Assembly (NCBI GenBank): GCA_046290465.1
Contig: JBKAGP010000001.1
Span: 1,344,001 to 1,408,000 of the forward strand
Direction of reading: 5' to 3'
Length of the DNA stretch: 64,000 nucleotides
Origin: Planctomycetota bacterium
GTDB taxonomy: Bacteria; Planctomycetota; UBA1135; UBA2386
Shown: positions 48,484 to 59,373 of the stretch, in pieces
Layout of the letters: every line of letters begins with the position of its first letter
Position numbering within the stretch: position 1 is the stretch's first letter
Translations under genes and position numbers: made by a program
The notes under the pieces: generated by a model
What the model saw: only the letters and a program-made list of their open reading frames with translations
The model's database searches: none
What the model was told of the DNA's origin: nothing

Positions 48484-49851
48484 TTAGCGGCGGCGGCGCT
48501 GCATGCGCTCGAGGATCTTCTCGCCCTGCTCGTTCCAGACCGGCGGCTCGGCGCGGTTGGCGAGTTCCTGGGTGACGTCGTAGAGGCCGCGGATGATCGC
48601 GGTCATATGCGGCAGGTCGAGCTTCTCGACCTCGTCACCGGGCTGGTGGTAGTCGCCGTGCAGCGAACCGGCGCTGACCGAGTGCGCGACGATGCCCTTG
48701 CGCACGAACGACGCGTTGTCGCTGGCGCCGAACAGCTGGTTGCCCATGCGGAAGTCGACCACGCCGATCTGCTCGCCGGCCAGCGCCAGCTCGCAGATCG
48801 ACGCGAAGTCGCTGTAGCCGGCGCCGGTGAACCAGCACTTCTTCTCGTTGCCCGCCTCGGGCCGGCCGATCATCTCGATGTTGAGGTTGGCGACCACGCG
48901 CTCGAGCGGCACCGGCGGACGCTCGCAGAAGCCGCGCGAACCGAGCAGGCCGCGCTCCTCGGCGGCGAAGCAGACGAACAGCACGTTGCGGCGCAGCTTC
49001 TGGCCGGCGAACGCCTCGGCGAGCAGCACCACGGCGGTGGTGCCGGTCGCGTTGTCGTCGGCGCCATTGTAGATCATGTCGCCGTCCTTCGGGTTGCCGA
49101 CGCCGACGTGGTCGTAGTGGGCACTGACGACGATGTACTCGTCCTTGGTCGGGCTGCTCGGGTCCGCCGGCAGCAGCGCCATCACGTTGCGCTGCGTGAG
49201 CTCGGTCCGCTCGGGCGCGGCCACCGACCAATTGGCCGACCACTCGGCTTCGCGGCCGTCGGTCGGGGCCGGCGGCAGCAGGCCCTGGCGCACCAGCAGC
49301 ATCGGCCGCGCGGCCGCACGGCGCCGGGTGACCACCGCGTGCACGCCCTTGCTCTGTTCCCAGAACGCGTGCGTCTCCGGCACCTCGATGATGATCGGTC
49401 GCCGCGCCGAGCGCGCGGTCATCAGCCGCTGCAGCACCGGATCCTCGACCTTGGCGACCGTGCACGGCTCGTCGCCCTCGAGGCCGTCGGACGGCTTCAG
49501 CTGGCGCACGTCCTTGCCCCCCTCGAGCACGAACTCTTTGCTGTCGTCCCCGTGCTTGCGCGTCAGCGTCAGCTTGACGGCATCGGAGTCGACGCGCACA
49601 CCCGGCAGCGTGAACTCGTGGAACCAGGTGCCTTCGCGGACCTGCTTCAGCCCGGCCTTCTCGAAGCGCGCCGCCAGCCACTGGCCGGCCTGCTCGATCT
49701 CCTTGCTGCCGGTGTCGCGCCCCTTGCGCTCGTCGCTGGCCAGCCACGTCACCGTCTCGCGCACGCGGGGCTCGGTGACGTGCGCCTTCTGCGCGGTCAA
49801 GGAAGCGGTCGCCAGCAGCAGCGCCGTCACGATCGGGGAGCGTCGGTTCAT
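48484..49851 (-). CDS. M28 family aminopeptidase, secreted
   Basis: SAHYDHVG, NGADDNATG, AEERGLLGS, NIEMIG, SDN, YHQPGD. Confidence 0.93.
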   Translation of the reverse strand: MNRRSPIVTALLLATASLTAQKAHVTEPRVRETVTWLASDERKGRDTGSKEIEQAGQWLAARFEKAGLKQVREGTWFHEFTLPGVRVDSDAVKLTLTRKHGDDSKEFVLEGGKDVRQLKPSDGLEGDEPCTVAKVEDPVLQRLMTARSARRPIIIEVPETHAFWEQSKGVHAVVTRRRAAARPMLLVRQGLLPPAPTDGREAEWSANWSVAAPERTELTQRNVMALLPADPSSPTKDEYIVVSAHYDHVGVGNPKDGDMIYNGADDNATGTTAVVLLAEAFAGQKLRRNVLFVCFAAEERGLLGSRGFCERPPVPLERVVANLNIEMIGRPEAGNEKKCWFTGAGYSDFASICELALAGEQIGVVDFRMGNQLFGASDNASFVRKGIVAHSVSAGSLHGDYHQPGDEVEKLDLPHMTAIIRGLYDVTQELANRAEPPVWNEQGEKILERMQRRRR

Positions 49852-50720
49852 CGTTGGTCCTCTTGCAGCATCTGGTTCATCGTGCCGGTGCGGTAGCCGA
49901 ACACGTCGAGCGCGACGAACGTGTAGCCACACGCCTGCAGGTCGCGGCCGATCACGTCGCGCATCGCGAAGGCGCGCTCGAGCTCGCCGGGCGCGAACTC
50001 GACGCGCGCCAGCTGGTCGTGGTGGCGAACCCGGAACTGGCCGAAGCCGTGCGCGCGCAGCACCGCCTCGGCGCGTTCGATCTGCGCCAGCATCTCGCGG
50101 TCGATCGCGGTGCCGTAGGGCACTCGCGACGACAGGCACGCGAAGCTCGGCTTGTCGGCGACCGACAGGCCGACGTCGCGGGCGTAGCGGCGCACGTCGT
50201 CCTTGGCGAAGCCGCAGTCGACCAGCGGCGCCCGCACGCCGTGCTCGGCGGCGGCGACCTGGCCCGGGCGGTGGTCGCCGAGGTCGTCGGTGATCGCGCC
50301 GTAGACCACCACCCACTGGTCGGGCGCGATCTCGGCGCGGCGCTCCGCGACCGTCACGAACAGCTCCTTCTTGCAGTGGTAGCAGCGGTCGCCGGCGTTC
50401 TCGCGGTAGCCGTCGCGCGACAGCTCGTCGGTCTCGAGCACGACGTGCCGCACGCCGATCGCGGTCGCCAAGGCGCCCGCCTCCTGCAGTTCGCTGCGCG
50501 GCAGCGACGGCGAGTCGGCGGTCACCGCGACGACCCGTTCGCCGAGCGCGTCTCGGCACGCGTGCAGCAGCGCCGTCGAGTCGACGCCGGCCGAGAACGC
50601 CACCACCGCGCCGGGCAACGACGCCAGCTGCTCGCGCAGCATGGTCAGCTTCTGCTCGAATGGGAGGCTCGCGGTCGCCGGCAACATCGCGGGCCGTTCT
50701 ACGCGCGGGACGTTCGCCAT
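49848..50720 (-). CDS. larE: ATP-dependent sulfur transferase LarE family
   Basis: FSAGVDS PP-loop, RCYHCK, DHRPG, KPSFACLSSRVPYG, RVRHH. Confidence 0.92.
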   Translation of the reverse strand: MANVPRVERPAMLPATASLPFEQKLTMLREQLASLPGAVVAFSAGVDSTALLHACRDALGERVVAVTADSPSLPRSELQEAGALATAIGVRHVVLETDELSRDGYRENAGDRCYHCKKELFVTVAERRAEIAPDQWVVVYGAITDDLGDHRPGQVAAAEHGVRAPLVDCGFAKDDVRRYARDVGLSVADKPSFACLSSRVPYGTAIDREMLAQIERAEAVLRAHGFGQFRVRHHDQLARVEFAPGELERAFAMRDVIGRDLQACGYTFVALDVFGYRTGTMNQMLQEDQR

Positions 50721-50739
50721 GCCAACAGGGATCGCCGGG

Positions 50740-52386
50740 TCACTTGCCCCGACCGTCGTAGACGATGCGCCCGCCGACGATCGTCAGCAGCACCTTGGCC
50801 TCGAGCAGCTCCTCGTCGGAACACGTCAACAGGTTGCGGTCGAACACGGTCACGTCGGCAAACTTGCGGACCTCGATCGAGCCGAGGTGGTTCTCGCGCA
50901 GCATCCCGTACGCCGCGTCGAACGTGAACCCGCGCAGCGCGCGTTCGCGGCTGAGCTTCTGGTCGGGCCGCAGCTCGCGGTCGGTGCCGGGCGCCTTGGT
51001 GGTCACCGCCGCGTAGATGCCCTTGCGCGGATCGACCGACTCGACCGGGAAGTCGCTGCCGAACGGCACCACGACGCCGAGTTCGTGGAAGCGTCGCCAC
51101 GCGTAGGCGCGCAGCGTGCGCTGCGGGCCGAGCCGATCCGGCGCCCACGGCATGTCCGAGGTAAGGTGTGTCGGCTGCATCGACGGCAGCACGCCGAGGT
51201 CGCGGAACCGTTCGAAGTCGTCCGCCGCGATCACCTGGGCGTGCTCGACCCGGAAGCGCCGGCCGGCGAGCCCGCCGTCGACCTTCACCGCGGCGTAGGC
51301 ATCGAGCACCGTCTTGTTGGCGCGGTCGCCGATCGCGTGGGTGACCAGCTGCATGTCGTGGTCGGCGCAGAACTGCGCCAGCGCCAGCACCGCGCCCTTC
51401 GGCAGCGACACCAGGCCGCGGGTGCCGGGACGATCGGTGTACGGCTCGAGCAGCGCGGCGCCGCGCGAACCGAGCGCGCCGTCGGCGTAGGCCTTGACGC
51501 CGCGCACCACGATCACGCTGTCCGGCGTCTGCCACGGCCCGCGCGCGATCAGTTCGCGTTCGGACTGCGCCAGCATCACGCACGTGCGCAGGAACCACTT
51601 CTTCTCCCTGTGCAGCTGGACCAGCTGGTCGAGCACGCGCCGGCTGACGCCCATGTCGTGCACGCACGTCAGACCGTGCTGCAGGCACGCGCGCTGCGCG
51701 AACAGCAGGCGGCGCCGGATCTCCGCGTCGCCGAGGCGCGGCTCCGGCACCGCCCCCATCGCCGCGTCGACCAGCACGCCGGTCGGCTGGCCGTCGTCGT
51801 CGAACAGGATCTCGCCGCCGCTCGGCGCGACGCTGCCGCGCTCGATGCCGGCGGCCGCCAGCGCCAGCCGGTTGGCCAGGCCGGCGTGGCCGTCGACGCG
51901 CGTCAACCAGACCGGATGCTCCGGCACCGCTTCGCTGAGTGCGCGGTGGTTCGGCATGCGCCGGTCTCTCCAGTCGTTCTGGTCCCAGCCGCGGCCGACC
52001 ACCCACGCACCCTTGGGCAGCTTCGCCGCGGCGGCGCGCGCCTTGGCGACGACCTCCGCGTAGCTGGTCGTGCCGACCAGGTCGACCTCGACCAACGAGC
52101 TGCCGAGTCCGAGCAGGTGGCCGTGCGCGTCCTGCAGGCCGGGCATCACGAACGCACCGTCGGGCAGGTCGACGACCACGTGGCCGCGGTGGCGCGCCGA
52201 CGGATACTCGAAGACCTCGTAGCGCATGCTCAGATCGAGCTGCTCGCGCCACGGCGCCGCGCCGGTCCAGATCGTGCCGCCGTGCAGGATCAGTTCGGAC
52301 CACGGGTGCTTCGGCGACGGCGCCGGAACCGGTTCCTGCGGCGCCTGGACGAACAGCGACGCCGCGAGTGCGAGAACAGGGAGCAT
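50740..52386 (-). CDS. Amidohydrolase family 3 (YtcJ-like)
   Basis: PGLQDAHGH, KAYADGALGSRGA, HAIGD, RVEHAQ, FGSDFPVE. Confidence 0.92.
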   Translation of the reverse strand: MLPVLALAASLFVQAPQEPVPAPSPKHPWSELILHGGTIWTGAAPWREQLDLSMRYEVFEYPSARHRGHVVVDLPDGAFVMPGLQDAHGHLLGLGSSLVEVDLVGTTSYAEVVAKARAAAAKLPKGAWVVGRGWDQNDWRDRRMPNHRALSEAVPEHPVWLTRVDGHAGLANRLALAAAGIERGSVAPSGGEILFDDDGQPTGVLVDAAMGAVPEPRLGDAEIRRRLLFAQRACLQHGLTCVHDMGVSRRVLDQLVQLHREKKWFLRTCVMLAQSERELIARGPWQTPDSVIVVRGVKAYADGALGSRGAALLEPYTDRPGTRGLVSLPKGAVLALAQFCADHDMQLVTHAIGDRANKTVLDAYAAVKVDGGLAGRRFRVEHAQVIAADDFERFRDLGVLPSMQPTHLTSDMPWAPDRLGPQRTLRAYAWRRFHELGVVVPFGSDFPVESVDPRKGIYAAVTTKAPGTDRELRPDQKLSRERALRGFTFDAAYGMLRENHLGSIEVRKFADVTVFDRNLLTCSDEELLEAKVLLTIVGGRIVYDGRGK

Positions 52387-52413
52387 GCCGGGAATGGTAT
52401 CGTCGTGCCTGCC

Positions 52414-53589
52414 ATGCGATCCCTCTCCGTGTCGTTTGCGGGTACATTGCTCGTAACGGGTGCGCTCGCGCAGACGTCGTCGAGGCTCGACACGGTCGCC
52501 GCGCAGCTGCTGGACGAACGACGCGCAGCGGCCGCGCTGCACGACCTGCGGGTCGCGGGCGCGCCCGGCGCCCGCGCGCTGTTCGCGGCCTACGCCGGCA
52601 GCGACGACGCCGACCGGCTCCGGTTCGCCGAAGCGCTGGCGGAGCTCGGCACCACGACCCGGGTGCTGGTCGAACCGCTGGTCGCCGAGATCCCGCGGCG
52701 CGACGAGCCGCTGCGCAGCCTGCTGCTGCGCGCGCTCGCCAACGGCGCGCTGCTCGCGGACGACGCCGACCGCGCGCGCATCAACCCGGCGCTGCGTGCC
52801 TGGGCCAGGCAGGGCCTGGTCTACAGCCCGTCCCAGGACCGGCCGACCTACGCGTGGTACGAGTACGTGCGCACGGTGCGGCGCCTGCAGCTGTCGGTGC
52901 TGCCGCGCGACCCCCACGGCCTCGACACCGCGATGTCCCTGCTGCGCAAGGAGCGCGGCAGCCCGATCGTGCTGTTCCTGGGCAACCAGCAGAAGCCGCA
53001 GGCCAACGACGAGTTCGGCCACTGCGCGATCGAGTCGTACGGCGCGCACGGCCAGCGCGAGCTGCTCGAGGCCATCGCCGAGCTGACCCTGCGCTGCGAG
53101 GCGCCGTCGAAGCAGCTGGTCGCCGAGCTCGCCGCCTACCTGCGCCACTCGCCGCCGCGGCCACCGCGCGTGCAGGTCGAGCACTGCGCCGGCATCGGCG
53201 AGCCGGCGCCCAACCAGCTGCCGGGCGTCAAGTTCCCGACCAGGTGGCGCTACGACCACTGGCACTTCCCCCTCGCGCGCGCCGTGCTCGCCCACAGCGA
53301 GGTCGCCGCCGAACGCGCGCTCGCGCTGCGCCACCTGCTGCACGCCGACGTCGACGCGACCCGGCTGCGCGCGATCGAGCAGCTGCGGCTGTGGCCGCAG
53401 CCGTGGCAGCCGTTCTTCGCCGACCTCGCCACCGGCCTGACCAGCAGTTCGCGCAGCATCCGCCGCGCCACGCTGGTGACGCTGGGCATGGCCGACGAGT
53501 TGCCGGACGCCGTCCGCGAACAGCTGCAGGCCCTGGCGAAGTTCGGCGATGCCGAGCTGCGCGCGCTGGCCGGGCGCGCGCTGCGTTGA
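52414..53589 (+). CDS. Secreted HEAT-repeat-like helical protein
   Basis: Signal peptide ending ALA-Q; Leu/Ala-rich helical repeats. Confidence 0.7.
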   Translation: MRSLSVSFAGTLLVTGALAQTSSRLDTVAAQLLDERRAAAALHDLRVAGAPGARALFAAYAGSDDADRLRFAEALAELGTTTRVLVEPLVAEIPRRDEPLRSLLLRALANGALLADDADRARINPALRAWARQGLVYSPSQDRPTYAWYEYVRTVRRLQLSVLPRDPHGLDTAMSLLRKERGSPIVLFLGNQQKPQANDEFGHCAIESYGAHGQRELLEAIAELTLRCEAPSKQLVAELAAYLRHSPPRPPRVQVEHCAGIGEPAPNQLPGVKFPTRWRYDHWHFPLARAVLAHSEVAAERALALRHLLHADVDATRLRAIEQLRLWPQPWQPFFADLATGLTSSSRSIRRATLVTLGMADELPDAVREQLQALAKFGDAELRALAGRALR

Positions 53590-53683
53590 GGGCGCTCCGA
53601 TGTGATGGGCTGCAGGTCGCAGCGACGCCCCGCGCCGCAGGTCGCAGCGACGGTGCCGTGCGGGGACGCGGGGATGCGCCGGA

Positions 53684-54631
53684 CTAGTTGTCCGGCTCGC
53701 AGCGGATCTCGCTGTCCGCCGTGAAGATCGTGCGTCGCCGCACGCGGCCGGCCGGCACGTTGGCACCGGGGAAGCACAGGCACTGCTCGAGCCGCGCACC
53801 GGCGCCGATCGTCGAGCCCTTCATCACCACCGAACGCGTCAGCTCGGCGTCGTCCGCTCGCCGCACGTCGTCGGCGATCCAGTTGGCCTCGGCATGCTGC
53901 TCGAGCAGGAGCAGGTTCAGCTCCAGCAGGTCCTTGGGGTAGCTGACGTTCATGTCGGCCTTGACCACCTCGGCCGCGGCGACCGGATAGCCGTCGTCGA
54001 GGAAGATCTGGATCGAGTCGGTGATCTCGTACTCGTTGCGCAACGCGGTGCGCGGCGTGCGACGCACGGCGTCGAAGAACGTCTGGTCGAACAGGTAGAT
54101 GCCGCAGCCCTTCAGGTCGGTGCGCGGGAACCGCGGCTTCTCGACGACCCTGGTGACGATGCCGTCGTCGCCCGCCATCACCGCGAAGTTGCGCTTCATC
54201 GCCTCGAGATCGGGCTCGCGCTTGCAGGCGAGCACGCCGCCGAGCTGCTCGCTGCGGAACCGCGCCAGCATCTCGTCGAGGTTCTCGGTGACGAAGAAGA
54301 TGTCGCCCAGGAACAGGAAGAACGGCCGGTCGACGTGCGCCTCGAGCCGCGACACCGCGTGCGCGATGCCGAGCATCTCCTCCTGTTCGACGTACTGGAT
54401 CGACACGCCCCACCGGCCGCCGTCCCCGAGCGCGCGCACCACTTCGTGGCCGAGGTGGCCGACGACGACGACGACCTTGCGGATGCCCATGCCCGCCATC
54501 ATCTCGAGCTGGTAGGCCATCAGCGGCTTGTCGAGCACCGGCAGGATCGGCTTCGGCCAGTGCTCGGAGAACGGGCGCATCCGGGTGCCCTTGCCCGCGG
54601 CAAGGATCACCCCCATCAGGTCGTCGGTCAC
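53684..54631 (-). CDS. Sugar-phosphate nucleotidyltransferase
   Basis: ILAAGKGTRMRP...PKP, YVEQ...LGIAHA, LGD, EKP, EYEITD. Confidence 0.92.
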   Translation of the reverse strand: MTDDLMGVILAAGKGTRMRPFSEHWPKPILPVLDKPLMAYQLEMMAGMGIRKVVVVVGHLGHEVVRALGDGGRWGVSIQYVEQEEMLGIAHAVSRLEAHVDRPFFLFLGDIFFVTENLDEMLARFRSEQLGGVLACKREPDLEAMKRNFAVMAGDDGIVTRVVEKPRFPRTDLKGCGIYLFDQTFFDAVRRTPRTALRNEYEITDSIQIFLDDGYPVAAAEVVKADMNVSYPKDLLELNLLLLEQHAEANWIADDVRRADDAELTRSVVMKGSTIGAGARLEQCLCFPGANVPAGRVRRRTIFTADSEIRCEPDN

Positions 54632-54694
54632 GTCAGGAGCCTGGGGTTGCGAGGTGGCGGGACCGGCGCAGCGTGCCGCAAGCCCGCCGCCGAA

Positions 54695-56923
54695 TCACTG
54701 ACGAATGTTGCGCACCAGCGAGACGCGATCGGTGATCAGGCTCGAGATCAGCAGCTCGGGCAGGCCGTCGCCGGTCATGTCCTGCAGCACCGCGTCGCTC
54801 GCCCCGAGCGTGCCCGGGAAGCTCGGCAGCAGCGGGAAGCTGCCGTTGCCGTCGCCGACCAGCACGCGGAAGTCGCCGCTCTGCAGCGACGCGACCAGGA
54901 TGTCCTCGATGCCGTCCCCGGTCAGGTCCTGCGCCATCAGCGCGGTCGGCGCCGCGCCGGCCGCGTAGTCGCTGCCGGTGAAGCCGGTCGGGCCGCCGAA
55001 CAGCACCGTGACCGTGCCCGACGCCGCGTTGCTGACCACCAGGTCGGCGCGGCCGTCGCGGTTGAAGTCCGAGGTCACCAGGTAGTTCGGCGACAGGCCG
55101 ACCGGCACGGCCAGCACTTCGACGAACGACGTGCCGCCCTCGTTGCGCAGGATCGCGATGTCCGACTGGTTGGCGCGCGAGACCGCGAGGTCCTGCAGGC
55201 CGTCACCGGTGAAGTCGGCCGCGACCACGTCGACCGGGCCGCCGCCGACGTTGACGATCACCTCGGGGTCGAACGTGAACGGCACCGGCGTGCCCGGGAT
55301 CAGGTGCACGCCCCCGCCGGTGTAGTCGCAGACGACCACGTCCAGGTCGCCGTCCCGGTCGAAGTCGACGACCTCGATGCCGAACGGGTAGTTGCCCGAG
55401 CCGATCGTGGTCGGCGTGACCGGCAGCAGGTCGAAGCTGTAGGCGCCGGGAGTCGACGTGTTGCGCAGGATCTTGATGCCGCCGACGACGCCGACGACCA
55501 GGTCCTGCTTGCCGTCGAAGTCGAGGTCCGCGGCCTGCAGCTGGTGCACGCCGAAGCCGGTGTCGAACATCGTCTCGACCTCGAGCTGCTCGTTGCCGCC
55601 CATGATCACGAGGTTGGAGTCGTTGTTGCTGCCGGTGACGACCTCGAAGTCGCCGTCGCCGTCGAAGTCGGCCCCCTCGAGCCACGACGCGGTCGGCAGC
55701 GTCGAGCCGTAGCTGCGCGCACCGGCCAGCGTGCCCGAGTCGCGGGCGAGCCACAGGTTGACGCGGTTGCCGAGGCCGGACAGCGCGAACACGTCGTTGC
55801 GACCGTTCTGGTCGAAGTCGCCGATGAACGGGCGCAGCGGCAGGCCGGTCGAATCGAGCACGAACGGCTCGGCGACCTGGCCGCCGGGCAGCCCCGGCAC
55901 GACCGCGATGGTCGCGTTGAACGCGAGGCAGCCGACCAGGTCGTTGAGGCCGTCGCCGGTGACGTCGGCGACCTTGGCCAGGCCCGGGCGCGCCGGCACC
56001 GGGATGTCGAACGACAGGTAGGGACAGATCGGCACGCCCACTCCGCCGCCGCCGAGCGCCGACGGCTGGTTCGGCGGCAGGATCTCGGTGATCACGACGT
56101 AGCGCTCGTTGGCGAACGCCGACACGACCAGGTCCTGCAGGCCGTCGCCGCTCATGTCGCCGAGCGTCACGGCACCGGGCGTGCCGGGCACCTCCAGCAC
56201 GCAGAACTCGTTGCCGAAGTCCTTGCCGCCCTGCGTGCCGGTGTAGAGCACCAGGCGCGAGAAGCCGGTGTCGGCGACGACCAGGTCGTTCTGGCCGTTG
56301 CGGTTGGCGTCGCCGACGGTGAGGTTGAACGCGGTGCCGCCGCCCGGCAGCGTCAGCTGCGTCTGGCTGGCGAAGCCGAGCTGGCCGTCGCTGAAGCCGA
56401 CCACGATCTCGGGCGCCGACGGGCGCGAGACCGCTACGTCGAGCAGGCCGTCGTCGTTGAGGTCGCCGACCGAGACCGCCAGCGCGTCCGAGCCCGCCTC
56501 CAGCGTGCCGGCCAGCGTGAAGCCGCCGTTGCCGTCGTTGGCGAGCACGTTGGTCTCGTCCGCGTCGCTGCGCACGATCACCAGGTCCTGGTCGCCATCC
56601 TGGTCGAAGTCACCGCCCGACATCCAGATCGGCAGGCCACCGAGCTGCAGTTCCTGGGTCAGCGTGAACGACGCGCCGTTGCCGATCAGCACGCGCAGCT
56701 CCCCGGTCAGGCTGATGACCGCCATGTCGAGCACGTTGTCGCCGTTGAGGTCGGCGACGAAGTAGTCGGAGTGCGTCGCAGAACCGGTCTCGATCTCGAT
56801 GCGGGTCTCGAAGGCCGGGGGCGAGCCGATGCCGAGCCCGGCGACATCGCCGGAGTGGCGGGCGCACGCAGCGGCGAGGGCGGCCAGGAGGATGGCGGAC
56901 GAACGAGTGACGAGCTTGCTCAT
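54695..56923 (-). CDS. FG-GAP/VCBS repeat lipoprotein
   Basis: Lipobox AAAC; many DxxGDGxxDL repeats. Confidence 0.92.
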   Translation of the reverse strand: MSKLVTRSSAILLAALAAACARHSGDVAGLGIGSPPAFETRIEIETGSATHSDYFVADLNGDNVLDMAVISLTGELRVLIGNGASFTLTQELQLGGLPIWMSGGDFDQDGDQDLVIVRSDADETNVLANDGNGGFTLAGTLEAGSDALAVSVGDLNDDGLLDVAVSRPSAPEIVVGFSDGQLGFASQTQLTLPGGGTAFNLTVGDANRNGQNDLVVADTGFSRLVLYTGTQGGKDFGNEFCVLEVPGTPGAVTLGDMSGDGLQDLVVSAFANERYVVITEILPPNQPSALGGGGVGVPICPYLSFDIPVPARPGLAKVADVTGDGLNDLVGCLAFNATIAVVPGLPGGQVAEPFVLDSTGLPLRPFIGDFDQNGRNDVFALSGLGNRVNLWLARDSGTLAGARSYGSTLPTASWLEGADFDGDGDFEVVTGSNNDSNLVIMGGNEQLEVETMFDTGFGVHQLQAADLDFDGKQDLVVGVVGGIKILRNTSTPGAYSFDLLPVTPTTIGSGNYPFGIEVVDFDRDGDLDVVVCDYTGGGVHLIPGTPVPFTFDPEVIVNVGGGPVDVVAADFTGDGLQDLAVSRANQSDIAILRNEGGTSFVEVLAVPVGLSPNYLVTSDFNRDGRADLVVSNAASGTVTVLFGGPTGFTGSDYAAGAAPTALMAQDLTGDGIEDILVASLQSGDFRVLVGDGNGSFPLLPSFPGTLGASDAVLQDMTGDGLPELLISSLITDRVSLVRNIRQ

Positions 56924-57172
56924 GAGGATGAAAGGGAGCCCCGGGAGGGACCCACTGTGGAAAGGTTAGCACAGCGCGGCCGATCCGCGCTCCGCCGCAA
57001 TCCCGATCCGGGATCCGAACGTTCCCCAGGGGCGAGGTTTCGGTGCCATCGGAACATCGGGGAGAGCTCGGCGGGGCAGCAGCACGGGCGACGCGGGGGC
57101 GCACGCCGGCCTCGAACGGACCGACAACGAACCGGAGGCGGCCGCGTTGCGACGATCTGCAATCCGGAACCG

Positions 57173-57343
57173 CTAGTGGGCAAAGCCCCGTCCGCACGCG
57201 TACACGCCCGCTTCCGCGATCACGGTCGGCAGCGCGTCCACTACATGGACGCGCTCCTAGCGGGCAAAGCCCCGTCCACACGCGTACACGCCGCTTCCGC
57301 GATCAAGGTTGGCAGCGCGTCCACTACATGGACGCGCTCCTAG
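57173..57343 (+). repeat. Two head-to-tail copies of the CTAG-bounded element sharing one CTAG
   Basis: CTAG at 57173, 57257, 57340; near-identical to 45961-46047. Confidence 0.93.
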
Positions 57344-57912
57344 CCGCCGTAGTCGGCGAGGTAGGTGCGCGCCCGTTCGACGTAGTGCTCGGCGCGCCAG
57401 CGCATGCCCTCCATCTCCTCGTCGCTCACCTGCCGCACGACCTTGCCGGGCATGCCGAGCACGACCGAACGCGGCGGGATCACCGCGTTCTCCTTGATCA
57501 GCGCGCCGGCGCCGATGATCGAGTACTCGCCGATCCGGGCGCCGCCGAGGATCACCGAGCCCATGCCGATCAGAGCAAAGTCGCCCACTTCGACGCCGTG
57601 CAGCGTGACGCTGTGGCCGATCGTGACGCCACGCCCCACCACCAGCGGCGCGCCGACGTCGACGTGGATGCAGCTGTTGTCCTGCACGTTGGTGCCTTCG
57701 CCGATCGTGATCGAGGCGTCGTCGCCGCGGATCGTCACGCCGAACCAGACGCCGACGTCCTTGGCCAGCCGCACGTCGCCGACCACCGTCGCGTTGTCGG
57801 CGACCATCGCGTCGCCGCGGCGGACGAACCGGCCGACCATGTCGGGGTGGACCTGGAACTCGCGGAGCGCGGGATCCTCGGGCGGGTAGCGGCTGGGCTT
57901 GTCGTTGCTCAT
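57340..57912 (-). CDS. Gamma carbonic anhydrase family protein
   Basis: RGD, NVQDNSCIH, TIGHSVTLHG, hexapeptide repeats. Confidence 0.92.
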   Translation of the reverse strand: MSNDKPSRYPPEDPALREFQVHPDMVGRFVRRGDAMVADNATVVGDVRLAKDVGVWFGVTIRGDDASITIGEGTNVQDNSCIHVDVGAPLVVGRGVTIGHSVTLHGVEVGDFALIGMGSVILGGARIGEYSIIGAGALIKENAVIPPRSVVLGMPGKVVRQVSDEEMEGMRWRAEHYVERARTYLADYGG

Positions 57913-57921
57913 GGTCGGAGG

Positions 57922-58536
57922 TCAGCGAGCATAGAGCAGGTCGAGCAGCCCGGGCCAGCACACGATCGCCGCGACCGTCAGGCCGTTGTGCAGCGCGTGC
58001 GCACAGATCGACGGCAGCAGCGAGCCTTGCCGCTGCCGCAGGTAGCCGAACACCAGCGCCAGCACGGCGATCGGCAGCGCGTGGTCGAGACCGTGCGCGA
58101 GGCCGAACAACGACGCGACCAGCAGGTGCGCGCCCCACTTCGGCAGCGTGTTCTCGACCGCCGCGAACAGGTAGCCGCGGAAGATGATCTCCTCGACCAA
58201 CGGCGCGACGCCGACGATCACCAGCACGTGCAGCCAGAACGCCGGCAGGCCGGCGCCGTGGGTCGCCAGTTCGAGCAGCTGCGGCTGCGGCTCGACGCGG
58301 TGGCCGAGCGCGACCATCACGCGCAGGTAGGCGGCGGCGAACGCCACCCACAGCAGCAGCCACACGCCGTACGACGCCAGCACGCGCGGCCAGCCGATCG
58401 GCCGCCACGGCGCCGGCGGGAACACCATCACGCAGGTGACCGCCATCAAGCAGCCCACGCGCCAATCGGCGCCGAGCAACACGGCCAGCACGAACGCGAG
58501 GCCGACCTGCAGCAGCGAACGGGGCAGCTGGCTCAT
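57922..58536 (-). CDS. CPBP (CAAX/Abi) intramembrane metalloprotease
   Basis: EEIIFRG, FGLAH, HALHN. Confidence 0.92.
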   Translation of the reverse strand: MSQLPRSLLQVGLAFVLAVLLGADWRVGCLMAVTCVMVFPPAPWRPIGWPRVLASYGVWLLLWVAFAAAYLRVMVALGHRVEPQPQLLELATHGAGLPAFWLHVLVIVGVAPLVEEIIFRGYLFAAVENTLPKWGAHLLVASLFGLAHGLDHALPIAVLALVFGYLRQRQGSLLPSICAHALHNGLTVAAIVCWPGLLDLLYAR

Positions 58537-59321
58537 TCGCCGGCGATCACGCCGCTGGTCGGCGACGACGCGCTGGCGTAGAGCTTCTTCGGGATGCGGC
58601 CGGCGAGGAACGCGTCGCGGCCGGCTTCGGCGGCGGCCTTCATCGCGCGGGCCATGCGCACCGGCTCCTTGGCGAGCGCGACGCCGGTGTTCAGCAGCAC
58701 GCCTTCGGCACCGAGCTCGAACGCGAACGTCACGTCACTGGCGGTGCCGACGCCGGCGTCGACGATCACCGGCACGGTGGCGCGCTCGAGGATGATGCGG
58801 ATGTTGTTGGGGTTCTGGATGCCCTGACCGGAGCCGATCGGCGCTCCCGCCGGCATCACGCTGGTCACCCCGACGTCCTCGAGGCGCCTGGCGAGCACCG
58901 GGTCGTCGCTGGTGTAGCACAGCACCGTGAACCCCTCCTTGACCAGCGTCGCCGCGGCCTCGAGCGTGCCGACCGGATCGGGCAGCAGCGTCTGCGGGTC
59001 GGCGAGCACCTCGAGCTTGACCAGATCACCGATGCCGAGCTCGCGACCGAGCCGCGCCGTGCGCACCGCGTGCTCGGCATCGAAGCAGCCGGCCGTGTTG
59101 GGCAGCAGCGTGTACCGGTCCTTCGGCAGGTAGTCGAGCAACGTCTTGCCCTCGGGCACCCCCATCTGCATGCGGCGCACGGCGACCGTCACGCACTGCG
59201 TGCCGGAGACCTCCAGCGCCTCGACCATCGACTCCATGGTCGGATACTTGCCCGTGCCCAGGAACAGTCGGGAGGTGAAGCTGTGCGGTCCGAGGACCAG
59301 CGGTTCGTCGACGATCGTCAC
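58533..59321 (-). CDS. thiG: Thiazole synthase
   Basis: [38 protein letters not shown] start. Confidence 0.96.
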   Translation of the reverse strand: MTIVDEPLVLGPHSFTSRLFLGTGKYPTMESMVEALEVSGTQCVTVAVRRMQMGVPEGKTLLDYLPKDRYTLLPNTAGCFDAEHAVRTARLGRELGIGDLVKLEVLADPQTLLPDPVGTLEAAATLVKEGFTVLCYTSDDPVLARRLEDVGVTSVMPAGAPIGSGQGIQNPNNIRIILERATVPVIVDAGVGTASDVTFAFELGAEGVLLNTGVALAKEPVRMARAMKAAAEAGRDAFLAGRIPKKLYASASSPTSGVIAGE

Positions 59322-59373
59322 GGCGTCGATCGTGCGACCCGACGCCCCCCGACACAAGCGAACTCCGCCCCCC

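Noticed and set aside
57173..57343. Repeated ~83-bp units as CRISPR repeat-spacer units
   Set aside because: Whole units are near-identical with no unique spacers, and copies are dispersed at gene ends
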